From Azolla caroliniana (taxonomy: Eukaryota > Plantae > Polypodiophyta): DNA of 64,000 bases. Location of the stretch: assembly GCA_043228905.1 (NCBI GenBank), contig JBHGNT010000021.1:9672001-9736000 (forward strand). The letters are read 5' to 3'. How positions within the stretch are numbered: position 1 is the stretch's first letter; every line of letters starts with the position of its first letter. The notes under the pieces are model-generated. The model was not told the DNA's origin and ran no database searches. It worked only from the letters and a program-made list of their open reading frames with translations. The translations under genes were made by a program, and so were the position numbers. Below are positions 50,539 through 64,000 of the stretch, piece by piece.

Positions 50539-53500
50539 GGAACATGGACAGAGGAATGGGAAGCTCGCTTCCGACCGAAAAGCTCGATAGGAGCAACTCC
50601 ACATCTTGGTCGTACAAGATGCACCAGTACTTGCTCGAGCACAATTAATGGACTTATGTTGAAGGAGCTAATGATGCAACACCCGTGTCGACGCACAGAG
50701 ATTTCCTTGCTTGGTAACAGGTGGCAAGCAGAGTTCTCTACTTCTTTGCATCATGTGTGAGAGGTCATCTTTTGAGCTACATTCGGGATGCTAGGACGTT
50801 GAAGGATGCTTGGGGAAATATGAAGAAGATTTTCACTAGAAGCACCACAACTAAAAAGCTTCAACTCAGATAGGAGTTGAGCAATATCCGATAGAGAGAG
50901 ATGTCGATGGTTGACTACACCTCCTAGATCAAAGAGATCTATGAATCCCTTGCCTTTGTCAACGTGAACGTTGAGGAGGGCGAAATGGTGCAGGTTTGCC
51001 TCGGAGGGTTGGTGTCAATGTTTGGAGCATTTCGAATGGAGGTCTGTACAAGGAGAATACGCCTTCGTTTTTTGAGCTACAATCAATGTTGCTCGTAGAA
51101 GAAAACCACTCGTGTGTGTCGACGAGTATGAATGACGACAACAAGATGTTGTACATGGGGGCGGATCAGCCCCGTGGTCGTGGTAGAAGAGGTGGGTCAA
51201 CGCGTAATGGAAGAGATCAACATGACAGAACTTGAGGAATAATCAAAATGCCGACAACAGTTTCAGACCCTCCATGAGTAGGGGGAGTCAGACTGTTGGT
51301 ATTGTGTCTAGAAGGGCCACAGAGAGAGAGAATGCTAGAAAAAGTGAGTCGATTCAGATAATGCCAGATCGAGCCGAGGGGATGCAGATAGGCATCAAAG
51401 ATCGCACTACGCCGAAGGCTCAGGAGGAGCCGAAAATGGATCGGGCCCAACGTTCATGATGAAGCACAAAACCAACTCAATGGCGGTGAACACCTCAAGG
51501 TCGAACGAGGTGTGGTATGTGGATTCGGGTGCATCGAACCACATGTCGAATCAGACATCAATTTGTGCCACAAGCGGTTTGGCCACGTCAACTTCCTACG
51601 GCTTCGGGAGATGTAGACAAAAAACATCGTTTTTGGCTTGCCGAAATTCAGTGGCCGAAAGGACCAAGTCTCCGAAGCTTGCTAGTTAGGGAAGAATCAC
51701 CGAATTCCGTTCCCAAATGAAAGAAATCAGAGCAAAAACAAGCTTGATTTAATCCATTCTAATGTATGGGGACCGGTCTTGAACGTGAGTATCGGTGCAA
51801 GTCATTATTTTGTAACCTTGATTGATGACTACACTCGACACACTTGGGTCTGCTTGATCCAGAAGAGAAGCAAAGTATTCTCCTGCTTCTTGAAGGTGAA
51901 AAGCCGTGGTGAACGGGAGATAGGCCGAAAAATCAAGTGCCTAAGGTCCGATGGCGGGAAAGATTACTTTTCTGACCAGTTCTCTAACTATCTACAAAAG
52001 TAAGGAATTCGACGTGAATTCTCCTATAGATACACGCCACAACAGAACGTCGTGGCTGAGAGGAGACGCATATGCCGAAATTCTACTAGGCCGAAACCGT
52101 TAGGACTGCGGTATACCTGCAGAATCGGACTTCTGCAAATGGAGTGTCAACACACGAGTTGTACTTCGGGAAGAAGTCGAATTTTGCACACTTAAGGGTA
52201 TTCGGCAACATTGCATATGTGCATGTGCCGAAGGAAAAACGGAGGAAGTTAGACGCGAAAGTCGAAAAATGTATCTTGGTTAGCTACTCAAATGAGCAAA
52301 AGGGTTATAAGTGTTATAACCCTTGAATGAAAGAGGTCCAAGTAAGCTGAGATGTCATTTTTGACGAGTCAACTTCGTGGTACTTGCCGCCACCTCCAAT
52401 TCCCATGCAGTCCATTCTGAACTCTGAGGATGAGGCTAGTGAGGCCAAGATGCCCCTTGAGGAAGAGGAAATCAGAACTCTAGAAGAGACTCTGATCTCA
52501 TTTCGGCTAAGTGGGCCGAATGAGCGACTCAGCCGAATAGACCTGTTGGATGAAGTGTCGACGAGTAATGGAGACTTGGTTGTGCTGTCCCCGCGCCACA
52601 AATCAAGGAGACGGTTTACGCACAAGAAGAAGGGGAAGATGAACATGCTAGAATATGCCATTGGATCGAAGCGAATTCGATGTGGCTAGGAGCATAAAGG
52701 TACCTCCGAAGATGAGGTCGACGTCGGTCGAGAGGGCCACGAAATCGGCGAACCAGAAGTTACGCCGATCCACCCGCCAGGAGAATCCCGTAATTCACTA
52801 TGGGTATAATCATCGGATGTGTGTGTAATGACTAAATCGATCCGAAGGATGCGCCATACTTCATTTCGAATGATGCTGTAAGTTGAGGCTTTACTCGGCC
52901 GATTTCTCCGAGGTTGGCACTAGCAATGACTAAATCATCAACATATAGCAAAATGCTAATCGATCCGAAGGTGGCAAATGAATGTGGCAAATAATCAACA
53001 TATATGGAAAAGGTGGCAAATGTGTGTGAGCCGAAGAGCTACGCAGAAGCGGCGAAGACTTGGAACCTGGTTGACGCTCCCAAGGGTGTGAAGCCAATTG
53101 GATGCAGGTGGGTGTACAAGGTCAAGTACAACGCCGACGACTCGGTCAACCGATATAAGGCCCGATTAGTGGCAAAGGGCTACGCGTAGAAACACGGCAT
53201 GAATTACGATGAGACCTTTGCACGGGTCTCGAAGATGACTATCCATGTATTGCTTGCAGTAGCAGCGGCAAAGGGGTGGCACTTACATCAAATGGGTGTA
53301 ATGAATGCATTCCTTCAATGTGTTCCTTCAAGGGGGAGCAGCCGAAAGAGAGAGCCAAAGCTAGTGGCCGAGAAGGGTAAGAATGGCGATAGAGTCGAAA
53401 AGGACAGATCCAACGAAGTGAAGGCCAAGACCAAGACATGGGCAGATGTGGTCAAGGGCCTGAAGGAGGACGAATTGGAGACAACCAATCGTGACAAGAG

Positions 53501-56500
53501 CTGGAACGAACCAGAACCAACCGATTCGATTATGGAAGGTGATTAGGATGAGCCGAATTACACAGACTCGGCCAAGCGAACGAGGAGGTAGCCGAAGCCG
53601 AAGCCGAGATGGAGGAATTAACGGGTCATGGGGCGCCAATACCACGACAAGCAAGGGAGCTAAGAATGGACAAGGCAATAGACTGTTAAGAAAACGTGAA
53701 GAAGGCACTTTGGCTCTTCTTATGTGCGTGGCGGATCTTGGTGTGCTAGATCGTTTAGTGCTCAAACACAGAAGGGAAGGGGGAAGGAGACTTACCTCTG
53801 TAGCAGCCAAAACTTCTTCTATTTCATTACACGCGGAGCTCTACTTGCTCTCGTCTGTTTCTCTCTTTTGCTCTCACTCTCTGAGTTCTTTCTCTCTATC
53901 CTCACTCTCTCTCTCAGAGTTCTACTTCCTGTATTTCTTTCTTACTTACCTACTCTCTTACTTTTTACCTAAGTAATAAGTTACTTACGTATGCAGCTAA
54001 TTAGCTGCCTGTAGCTAATTAGCTGTCAGTAGCTAATTAGCTGTCAGTCGTTAAATAGCTGTTAGTAGCTAATTAGCTGTCAGTAGCTAATTAGTTGTTT
54101 CTCCTTTATGTTCACAAGTAGCTAAATAGCTACTATAGCTTATTTCCTAATAAGCATCACATACCATGTTGAGCTTACTTCTCAACACTCCCCCTCAAAC
54201 TCAACTTATCCTTTCTTGGGGTTATCTACCACTTCTTTTCCATGATGCTTTTCAGCCATCATATAAGTGTCTACAACTCCCATCATGTTCCGAAACTGTG
54301 TATGCTTTTCCACACTCAATCCCTTTGTGACAATATCAGCAACCTGCTGATTTGTATTCACATACACTAGATCAACTTCTCCTTCAATCACTATTTCTCT
54401 AACAAAGTGATAATGCACTTCAATGTGCTTTGTTCTTGCATGGAACACTGGGTTTTTTGCAAGCTAAATGTTGCTCATGTTATCACACCAAATTGTGACA
54501 GTACCATCTATATACTCTCCCAAATCAGCAAGCAATCTTCTAATCCATACCTCTTCACAAGTGGCTATGGCAGCTCCTCTGTACTCAGCTTCAGTACTAG
54601 ACAATGCAACAATAGCTTGTTTCTTGCTACTCCATGAAATACCTGCACTTCCCAATGTAAACATATATCCACTTGTGAATCTTCTATCTGTTTGGCTTCC
54701 AGCCCAATCAGCATCTGTATATCCTTCCAGATTTATGTCCAAATCAGCCCTCTAAAACAATCCATAGTTCTGAGTAGCTTTTACATACCTCGGAATTCTT
54801 CTAATGCAGTCCAAATTTGGCTTTGTTGGCTGTTGCATAAATTGGTTGACTAATCCAACTGCATAACTCAAATCAGGTCTTGTTATGGTCAAATAAATAA
54901 GGTTGCCCACCATAGACCTGTACATGTTTACATCTTCTATTTTGGCTCCCAAATCAGCCCTCAATTTGCAGTTTTTATCTAGTGGTACTCCAATAGGTTT
55001 GCATCCGAGCATACCATACTTTTTCAACATAGTTGTTGCATATTGTCTTTGCAACACACATATACCACTTTCAGATCTGATGATTTCAATACCCAAAAAA
55101 TATCTCAGATCTCCCAAATCTTTCATATGAAATTTCATTTCCAAATTTCTTTTCAGCTTACTTATTTCATCCATGAAATCACCTCCAATGATGAGATCAT
55201 CAACATAAATCAGAATCACAACAATACAATCATCTTTCCTTTTAACATACAATGATGAATTAGCCTTTGACATTTTGAAGTCAAGTTTTTTCAGATAATC
55301 TGAAAGTTCTCTGTGTCATGCTCTTGGTGCCTTGGAATCATGCTTTGTCTTGTAGACCCATTTGCAACCTACCACATTTTTTTCTTTTGGTAACTTCACC
55401 AAATCCCATGTTCTGTTTTCAGCCAATGCATCAATCTCTTCTTGCATTGCATCCACCCATTTCTTCTTAGTTTTAGCCGCATCAAAACTACTTGGATCAG
55501 GGATTTGTACCACCTTAGACATATATGCATAATGCATAGCCATATATGTATCATAACCAAATCTTTCAACAGTTTTTTTCTCTCTATCTGATCTTCTCAG
55601 TTTCTGATTTGCATCCTTCAATGCTTTTTCCATACCAGGGATCTTCAATCCTCTTATACCAAGGAGATCATCCAATGACATATCTGAACCCTCATCTTCC
55701 ATGTTTTTAGACAAGTCATCCAACATTTCATACTTTGGCATTTTCTGTTTTCCTTTTTTATCATCACATTTTTTGTGTCCTCCACTTTTTCCACTCCAAG
55801 AATTCGAATCAGATTTACCATCTGAGCTTTTTGATGGTCCAGAACATTCTGTTGATGTTGGACTTTGTTGTCCAACCTTGCTTCCATCTCTGTGGCAGTC
55901 TTCTACATTTTCAGATTTGTCTCTGTCTTCAATCTCATTGTCTTCATCAATCTCTGGATTCTGTTTTGGACTATACCAGCTGGCTAACTCATCAAAGATT
56001 ACATCCCTACTTGTCACAATCTTCTTTGTTACAGGGTTATAACATCTATACCCTTTTTGTTCTTCTGAATAGCCAACAAAAATACATTTTTCTGCTTTTG
56101 GATCCAGCTTACTTCTTACTTCTGCAGGCACATGTACATATGCAAGGCATCCAAACACTTTTAAGTGTTCTAGACTAGGTTTCCTTCCATAGAAACACTC
56201 TTCAAGAGTTGCTTCATGTACTCCCGATCTTATACATCTATTTAGAATATAATTTGTTGTATTTACAGCTTCTGCCCAATAGTACAATGGCATATTCTTC
56301 TTTGTCATCAAAGCCCTTGCAATGTTCACCAATGTTCTGTTTTTCCTCTCAGCAACTCCATTTTGTTGTGGAGTATATCTACATGTGAACTGTCTTCTTA
56401 TTCCCTGATTGCATAGAAAATCAGAAAATTCATTGGAGAAATACTCTCCTCCTCCATCAGATCTTAAACATTTTATTCTTGTACTTGCCTGCTTTTCTAC

Positions 56501-59500
56501 CATGCATTTAAACTTACGAAAACATTCAAATATTTCACTTTTCTCTTTCATGAAATACACCCATGTTTTCCTTGAGCAATCTTCAATAAAAGTTACATAG
56601 AATCTGCAGCCACTGATAGATGCATTCTTAGTTGGTCCCCATACATCTGTATGTACCAAATCCAACATATTTTACTTACATGTCTTTCATGAGGGAATGG
56701 CAACCTATTTTGCTTTCCATATTGACATGCTTCACATATCTTTCCCATTTCACAATTTTTCAGTTTTGGCAGTCCAGCCACTGCATCTTTTCTCAACATA
56801 TTCTTTAGGGTTTGCATACTTATGTGGCCAATCCTTTTATGCCACATTTCCACATCTGAGACTACACTCATTCCATTTGCAAACATAGCTGAAATCTGTC
56901 TAGGCATGTCAACATCCAAAATAAACATTCTTCCTTGTCGTTTTCCTTTTGCAATGAGCTTCCCATTCTTTTCTATATAGCATCCACTTTGCTTAAGCTT
57001 TACTTGCATACCTCACTCTACTATTTGTCCAACAGAAATCAGATTCTTAGCAAGATTTGGAACATGCATTACATTCAACATATACTTAGTCTTTCCTTTT
57101 TCTTCCCACAATGGGATATCTCCAACATATTCTATTTGGTGAGTACTATTATCACCCGTCTGTACATAGCCAGGAATCTCTGGTTCTCTCAACCTTTCAA
57201 ACCAGTTTGCATGGTCATGTGGTTAGATGCCCCCGAGTCTACATACCATGTAAACTCTTCATTACATTTCCGTGAGCTTTCAGCCACTGCTGCTATCTCA
57301 TGTTGTACCACAAATGCACCATCTTTTTCACAATCTTCACTAGTTTGGGCATAGTTATTATGTTGTCTCTTTCCTCTTTGCTCATCATTTTGCTTCTTGT
57401 AACATTCAGCCTATGTGTGGCCTGGTTTTCCACAATACCAACAGCCATCATCATTTACATATGTTTGCTTACCTCTACCTTGGTTGCTCCCCCTGCCTCT
57501 GTTGTTGTTTCTTCCTCTAATGGTTTGTTGTCCTCTACCTTGATAACCATTATTGTTGGTTCTGGCTGAGCCAAATCTTCCATGGCCTCTTCCTCGGCCT
57601 CTTCCAGCACTATTATATAGGGCTTGCCCCTCATTCTCAAGATTTCCTTTATTTACATCATCCATCTGATTCCTTTCTTCTACTACAAGCATTGAAACCA
57701 GATCTGGAAAACTTGGGATACTATCCCTTGTAAGCATAGAGGTTTTAAAGCTTTTGTATTGAGGTCCCAAGCCTCTCAAACATATTTCTACCTTATCATC
57801 ATCTTCTATCTTTACATTGATAGAAGCAAGCGATTCACATATGCTCTTTATTTTCAAAGCATACTGATTTATTGACATCTTACCTTTTTCTACGGTATTT
57901 AGCTCAGTCTTCAACTGTAGCTTTCTAGCTTTTGTGTTTACTGCAAACAGTTTTACCAAACTGTCCCAAGCTTCTTTTGGGAGCATAGCATCCTGTATGT
58001 GCCCAAGCATCGAATCTGAGATGCTAAGTGAGAGCCAATGCATTACAATCTTTGAATGCTTTAATCTGTGCTGCTGTGGCATTTTCTTCTGGGATCTCCG
58101 GAGCCTCTTCTAGGTCTCCTTCAATGTAATCCCAATATCCTTTCCCCATTAGGAAATTTGTCATTCTAAATTTCCACGCCGGGAAATTGTTTTTATCTAG
58201 TTTCTCTGTAACTATTTGGCCCGCATTCTCTGCAGCCATTATCTCTTCCAAACTAGGGTTTCTGTTACAATTACTTCAACAAGTAACTTTCTGATTCAGA
58301 TAAGCAAACAGAGAAATACCTTTCTCAGATCTATGCATTTCTGTACTCTTCTTTATGAGCAACTCTACTCTGATACCATGTTAAGAAAACGTGAAGAAGG
58401 CACTTGGGCTCTTCTTATGTGTGCGGCGGATCGTGGGGTGCTAGATCGTTTAGTGCTCAAACACAGAAGGGAAGGGGGAAGGAGACTTACCTCTGTAGCA
58501 GCCAAAACTTCTTCTATTTCATTACACGCGGAGCTCTACTTGCTCTCGTCTGTTTCTCTCTTTTGCTCTCACTCTCTGAGTTCTTTCTCTCTATCCTCAC
58601 TCTCTCTCTCAGAGTTCTACTTCCTGTATTTCTTTCTTACTTACCTACTCTCTTACTTTTTACCTAAGTAATAAGTTACTTACGTATGCAGCTAATTAGT
58701 TGCCTGTAGCTAATTAGCTGTTAGTCGCTAAATAACTGTCAGTAGCTAATTAGCTGTCAGTCGCTAAATAGCTGTCAGTAGCTAATTAGCTGTTAGTCGC
58801 TAAATAGCTGTCAGTAGCTAATTAGCTGTCAGTCGCTAAATAGCTGTTAGTAGCTAATTAGCTGTTTCTCCTTTATGTTCACAAGTAGCTAAATAGCTAC
58901 TATAGCTTATTTCCTAATAAGCATCACATACCATGTTGAGCTTGCTTCTCAACATAGACAAGCTGACCATAAAGGTCGAAGTGTGCGGAACCAGATAAGT
59001 TGAGGAGCGCCAGATCCAAGGGGTTGTGGGACACAAGAACAAACTGAACGAGGAATGCGAGCAAGGCATCGGGATGCCAGGAGAGGAGGCTAGAGTGATG
59101 AACCAGCTAGAATTGACATGGTGGGACCTCAAGATGAGCTTGAGGTGGAGTGTTGAGAGACAAGCTCAACATGGGCCGAATCGACTGAAGAAGCCGAGAG
59201 CCGAGAGCTGAGATTTGGGTAAGCGAAGTTAGAGGGATTTCGGTAGGCCGTTGAAGGCCTATGTTCCTAGTTTAGTAAATAGGAATATTATAGGCTGAAT
59301 TAGTGCCAGAATCATTTTTGAGCATTCAACTATTGATGGTACTTGTGTCAACCCGCTCGTCAGGGCTTGTATAAAAAGTGCTCTCTGAGCATAGTGTATG
59401 TACAGAGTGTTCATTATTCGTAATAGAAGTTGTTGTCTACTCTCTTTGTCTCTTTGTCTCTCTCTCCCACCATTCTTTGTGTTTACCTAACTATCGAGTT

Positions 59501-59563
59501 TCTGAAACCGATTGTGTACACGATGTCTATCACACATGCTTCCACACACGAATACTTGTTACA
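50539..59563 (+). mobile_element. Copia A5: 5' LTR missing, internally deleted, interrupted by B2
   Basis: gag from 50545 (MDRGMGSSLPTEKL), PR/INT/RT fragments to ~53320, tail resumes at 58960, 3' LTR 59151-59563. Confidence 0.88.
53684..58954 (-). mobile_element. Full-length copia B2 (AT-rich family)
   Basis: LTRs 53684-54187 and 58379-58954, TSD TAGAC, PBS 58367-58378, PPT 54188-54196, gag-pol 54206-58239 with frameshifts and an RT deletion near 55330. Confidence 0.96.
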
Positions 59564-61500
59564 ATGCTATATACCAAATTGAGGATAGAAGCATCGAATT
59601 AGCTACACCTACATGTCTAGCTAAGCATAGCTTTTCCTTATTCCAGTATACTAGCTTATTTCATAATGTTAACAATAAGGGTGCAATCATATCCTTTGTC
59701 TTTAATCCCAAACCCACTCGGTAACCTAGATACCTAATGGACTGACCTTGATGTATCCACGAGAATCCTAAGGAAGGTACATTAATGGCAGATCTCCTGA
59801 AGTGACCCAAAAACCTGATGATTTATCCCAATTTATCAATGCAACAAATGCATCTGAGAAATCATCCACAACCTTTTGCACCTCTAATAGATTACAATGT
59901 GAGGCCTGAACATATAACGCTGTATCATCAACAAACTTGCTATCCATGCCAACATTTGCCACTAGTAGTGCTAAACCTTTAATATTTACATATTGAGAAT
60001 TTAAATGTATGGAAAATGCTTCAGATACTAACAAAAATAGGAAAGGAGCAAGTGGACATTCTTGTTGTACTGATCTTGAAATAGAAAACCGCCTACCAAT
60101 ATCCCCTGCAAATAAAAGAGAACTATTTGCGTTACAATATAATGTTGATACTCCTCGTATCTAATGGTTGGGAAACCCATCCTAAAAAGTGTTCCTCCAT
60201 AAAATCCCAGTCCACTCTATTGTAAACTTTTTGAGAATCAAGAAATAACACCGCCAGATCTTGCTTATGCAATTCAACAAAGGCCACCATTTCCAAGAAG
60301 AGAATAATATTATCAAAAATACTTCGCCCTTGAAAATAACCAGTCTGGGAATCATGAATCCACTCTAAAAGATAAGGTTATAAATGTCTAGCTATTTTTT
60401 TTGCTAAGATCTTATAAATAACATTCAACAAGGTGATTGGTCTCCAATGACTAAGTTCTTCTAACTGTCCACTTGTTTTAGGAATCATATAGATTAAACT
60501 CTCCTTCTATTCTTGTGGCATATTTCCTGGATCTAAAATCTACCTATTTTAGTTAAAGACACATAAAATACTTGTTTAGCCATATTGTGGAAAAATTGTT
60601 GTGTTTCACTAATAGCCTTCTAGACACTAGATAATGCATAGTCATAAGAGTAGTCATATTTATTCCAAATATTATGCAGATTGGGAGCACAATGTTGGCT
60701 AAGAAACACATGATTAAAAATTCTAAACCTAGAATTTTTATAATGCTCCTCCAAGATTATAACTAAATGAAGTAGTGCATGATTAGAAAAGGAAAATGAA
60801 GGTATTATTCCAATCGAACCTCCTTTGTCCCATAAAATCTTATCAGCATAGAATCTATCTAACCTATATAAATTGGTATGTGATTGTCTTCTATATTTAT
60901 CTTGAGTAATGTAAGGAATCATGTATCCTTGCAAAAGAAGACACATGCCACAAGCTAATTATACCTAAATAAAAAATCAAATGTTCTCATTCATATAATT
61001 CTAAACCAAATAATGTTTGTGATGTGCCTCCTAACCTATCACACCCATCCCCCAACATATTAAAGTCACTTGCAATTGCCCAATGGTCAACAACTGATAA
61101 CTTTGCCATTATGCTCTTCCATAATATCGTTCTATCTTTTGTATGATTCAGTGCATATATATTCAACAAACCCCATTTCTTCAAACCAATTTGTAGAATT
61201 ACATAATGACCTCTACCACAAGTCAAGACTCTATAATGTAAGAAAGAAAACCACCAAATATCATTTATTGCAATTCAAAAGTCCTGCTTTTAGATATTAT
61301 CCCCAATTGCAGGCACCCAAAACTGTCTCCACTGGCTTGGCCTGCATTGTTTTTAGCCAGGGTATGTTGAGCATGACTACCAACAAGAAATGTATTCTCT
61401 TGAATTGCAGGAATTTGTTTATATGTTGAGTAGGGTTATGGTGAAGATCTTTAGTATATGTGGAACCAAGTTCAGCCACCTTTTTCTGCAACATGAAGTT
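59564..61500 (-). mobile_element. L1-type LINE ORF2 remnant (endonuclease and RT)
   Basis: LLNIYA, WAIASDFN, RLDRFY, WRPITLLNVIYKILAK, SRSVQQECPLAPFLF, FVDDT; many stops; upstream boundary approximate. Confidence 0.85.
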
Positions 61501-61532
61501 TTAAGAGACCCTGACAATGGGTAACAGAATAT

Positions 61533-61750
61533 GTGTTTCAGAGGCTCCTAACTACAGATGTGGTCTCATGGAATGCAAAGATGATAGAGCTTATAGAACA
61601 TGGAGGTTTCAATGAAACACTAACTTGTTTTCACATGTTGGAGATTGATGGTATAGTCCCTGATTCTATCACCTTTATATGTGGACTCCTAGCTTGTTGT
61701 AACAAAGGTGTTATTGGCCAAGGCTAAGAGTTGTATTCATGGATTATAAT
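61533..61750 (+). pseudogene. PLS-class pentatricopeptide repeat fragment
   Basis: DVVSWNA..I...G...TL.CF..LE.DGI.PDSITF...L.AC...G...G followed by a stop. Confidence 0.8.
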
Positions 61751-62589
61751 TATCCTTAGCTTGCCAAATGCCATCGCTTATATTTGGTTCTTTCTTTGAT
61801 GATATATACTTGTTGACATAGAAAATATTATATACTATTTGTATAGTGCCTCTGGCCTTTTTAATTTTAATACCAATGGAGCATGTATTTTATGGGAAAA
61901 GAAAGAAAGAAAGAAAGAAGCGGTTGAGGGTGAAAGTAGTCTATGGTGTACTAATTTTTGGCCAAAGTTTAGTACTAATACCTTTAAAAATAATCCAAGA
62001 AAATAGGAAAATATTTCGTCACCACCCTTTCTAAAATTTAAAGTCACATTTAAAATGACATCTCTTATTATATTACTTCCTTCCTGTCCTTCACTCTCTC
62101 ACTTAAGAATCGACAACTGTTCAGAAATCTCAAACCCAAACCAATTTAAACCGAACTTTTAAGAAAAAGGTGAAACTTAAACCAAACTGAATTGAACTGA
62201 ACCATGAAACTGTCTAAATCAAAACCATTCAAACCAAACCATTTACAAAAAATTCAAACATAAACCAAACAATTCTAGACGTTTTTGAACTGTCAAAACT
62301 GTTAAACCGCGATTTAGTGGTTCGGTATTGATTTTCGTATGAAACACATAATCAATGTTTTTCCTCAAGACATTATGAATCATGATGACATATAACAATA
62401 AATAAAAGATTCTATATCAAAGAATGGTACAAAAGTTAATTGGAGGCCTAAAATAAACTTCACCAACATTTACACAAAAATTACAAAATGTTGTTAAGAG
62501 CAAAAAGGTATCTCATGGATGAAATATCTTACCATAATAGGAGCCAGAATAATACAACTTACACTAATGTACATATGAATTTTTCCTTT

Positions 62590-63646
62590 TTATAATGTCG
62601 ATTATAAGACGTTCTCACGATCACTCTTTGTCGATATTTGAACTAGCTCTTTGAAGGCCCCGACTTTAGTGAAGTCTTCTGTGTTAGAGTTTGTAAAAGT
62701 GACCAAATCAATCAACATAAATGATGACCATAATGAATCTCAATACAACATTTAGAAGAAAATAATATCCTTTTCCTTCATTTAGATAATAAAACTTACT
62801 AACATTGACATGATAGTATAAATTAAAATAAGTAGAATTGTTGTTTAAAAACACAAAATTTACCATTTAGGGCCAAGTGACAAATGTAAATTCAATATTT
62901 CTTCTAATAGCAGGCAACTCATTGCTTGCATTGTAAACAATGCATGGCAGGACTCCATCTTCAATAAGCGATGACCTAAGCTTGTCTTTGAACCATAAAT
63001 GTGGTTTTAATTTGATATTCCTCCAGTTTTTTTAGAGTTTGATCAAAACTTCTTTGTCCATTCATTATGAATAATATATAACAAATTTTGATTGATATAT
63101 AAAATAGAGACATCAAATTAATTAATTTCTCCTCACCTCGCAACTGAGTTGCTACCTATGTATTCAAATGAACATGATTCATCCCCTTTCATGGTGAACT
63201 TAATAACAGATGAATCAGCAAGCCTTGAGAGCTAGAAAAAACAAAATGGGTCTCACCTTGTACAGCTTGATGTGATTCACATTTAGCAAAGTTTGCAATT
63301 CCACGAGCAACCTGATCTATTTGAGTTTCCTAACCTTGCCATCCCCAAGAGTGTTTTAATAGTACCTTCATGTCTCAATTGCAATTGCAATTCAACTACA
63401 TGATAATGTCACTCTTTTTTATTGCAATTCAACCCCATGATAATATCAAAGAGTGTTAGTTCTCAAATGGAATTCCAAACATTGAAAGGTTACTTTTTTT
63501 AAGACATAACTTTACCATTCCCACAAAGATTTGCTAGACTTGCTCCAGCCACCACACACAATTTTTTTGTGGGTCTACTACATCCGCAATTGTATTAGCT
63601 AATAATTTCATTGCTCCATTCTTAGCAATTATAATCAGATTACGCT
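62590..63646 (-). pseudogene. ARK: Armadillo-repeat kinesin 3' exons (63516-63646, 63257-63395, 62864-62985, ~62590-62690), frameshifted
   Basis: Manual translation: DPQ..VVAGASLANLCGN / TLLGMAR..QVARGIANFAKCES / SLIEDGVLPCIV...IRRNIE..CHLA / GAFKELVQIS..SDRE, matching the recalled ARK C-terminus; GT donors and most AG acceptors retained. Confidence 0.88.
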
Positions 63647-64000
63647 CTTCACAAAGGGGAAAATATTGAGCAGTCATATTTGTTTTTCCTTCTGAGAAAG
63701 AAGTATTGATTGTAAAGGAATTGGCCTTCCTAAAGCTGCACATTGATAGCCTCAATCAACATCTGAAATTCACTTGTCTAAAACCTCAATTAAGTTAAAT
63801 TGTCAAATGATTTAAACAAATAACTAAATACGAAGCATATAAATTCATTAAAATTCATAAAAAAATGAAGACTTTATAGAAAATACCAAAAAGTCATGTG
63901 ATATTTTATAAATATGAATGACAAGAGTATGAAACTATAATGTTCGAAATTAAAAAGAAATATATGGATAATTAAGCACATGTTCTTGTTTGACTCAACA

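Noticed and set aside
62130-62330. AAACC(G/A)-rich tract with GGTTCGGT, possible MITE/hAT relic
   Set aside because: No terminal inverted repeats or TSD could be identified.

Overview
Plant nuclear DNA, probably from a non-seed plant such as a fern (inferred from the Tcn1-type chromovirus, Sola-like transposase and PLS-type PPR remnant). About 59.5 kb is a nest of LTR retrotransposons: a full-length Athila-like Ty3/gypsy element with a ~985-codon extra ORF (17-10036, TSD TAGAT) inserted in a Sola-like DNA transposase remnant; five copies of a CpG-rich Ty1/copia family (A1-A5); two copies of a related CpG-poor copia family (B1, B2); two Tnt1/Tork-like copia elements, one very young (37743-43231, TSD AGTCA); and a Tcn1-like chromovirus. 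The last ~4.5 kb hold an L1 LINE remnant, a PPR fragment and four degenerate 3' exons of an armadillo-repeat kinesin (ARK). No intact host gene is visible. The most unusual observation is that the gypsy element has no polypurine tract; a tRNA-Arg 3'-end sequence (a second, oppositely oriented PBS) lies 2 nt from the 3' LTR, suggesting tRNA priming of both DNA strands. The chromovirus LTR combines a Tf1-type self-priming site, a heat-shock-element array and a tRNA-like Pol III module. All assignments were made by eye; tRNA and family identities are recalled from memory and need database confirmation.
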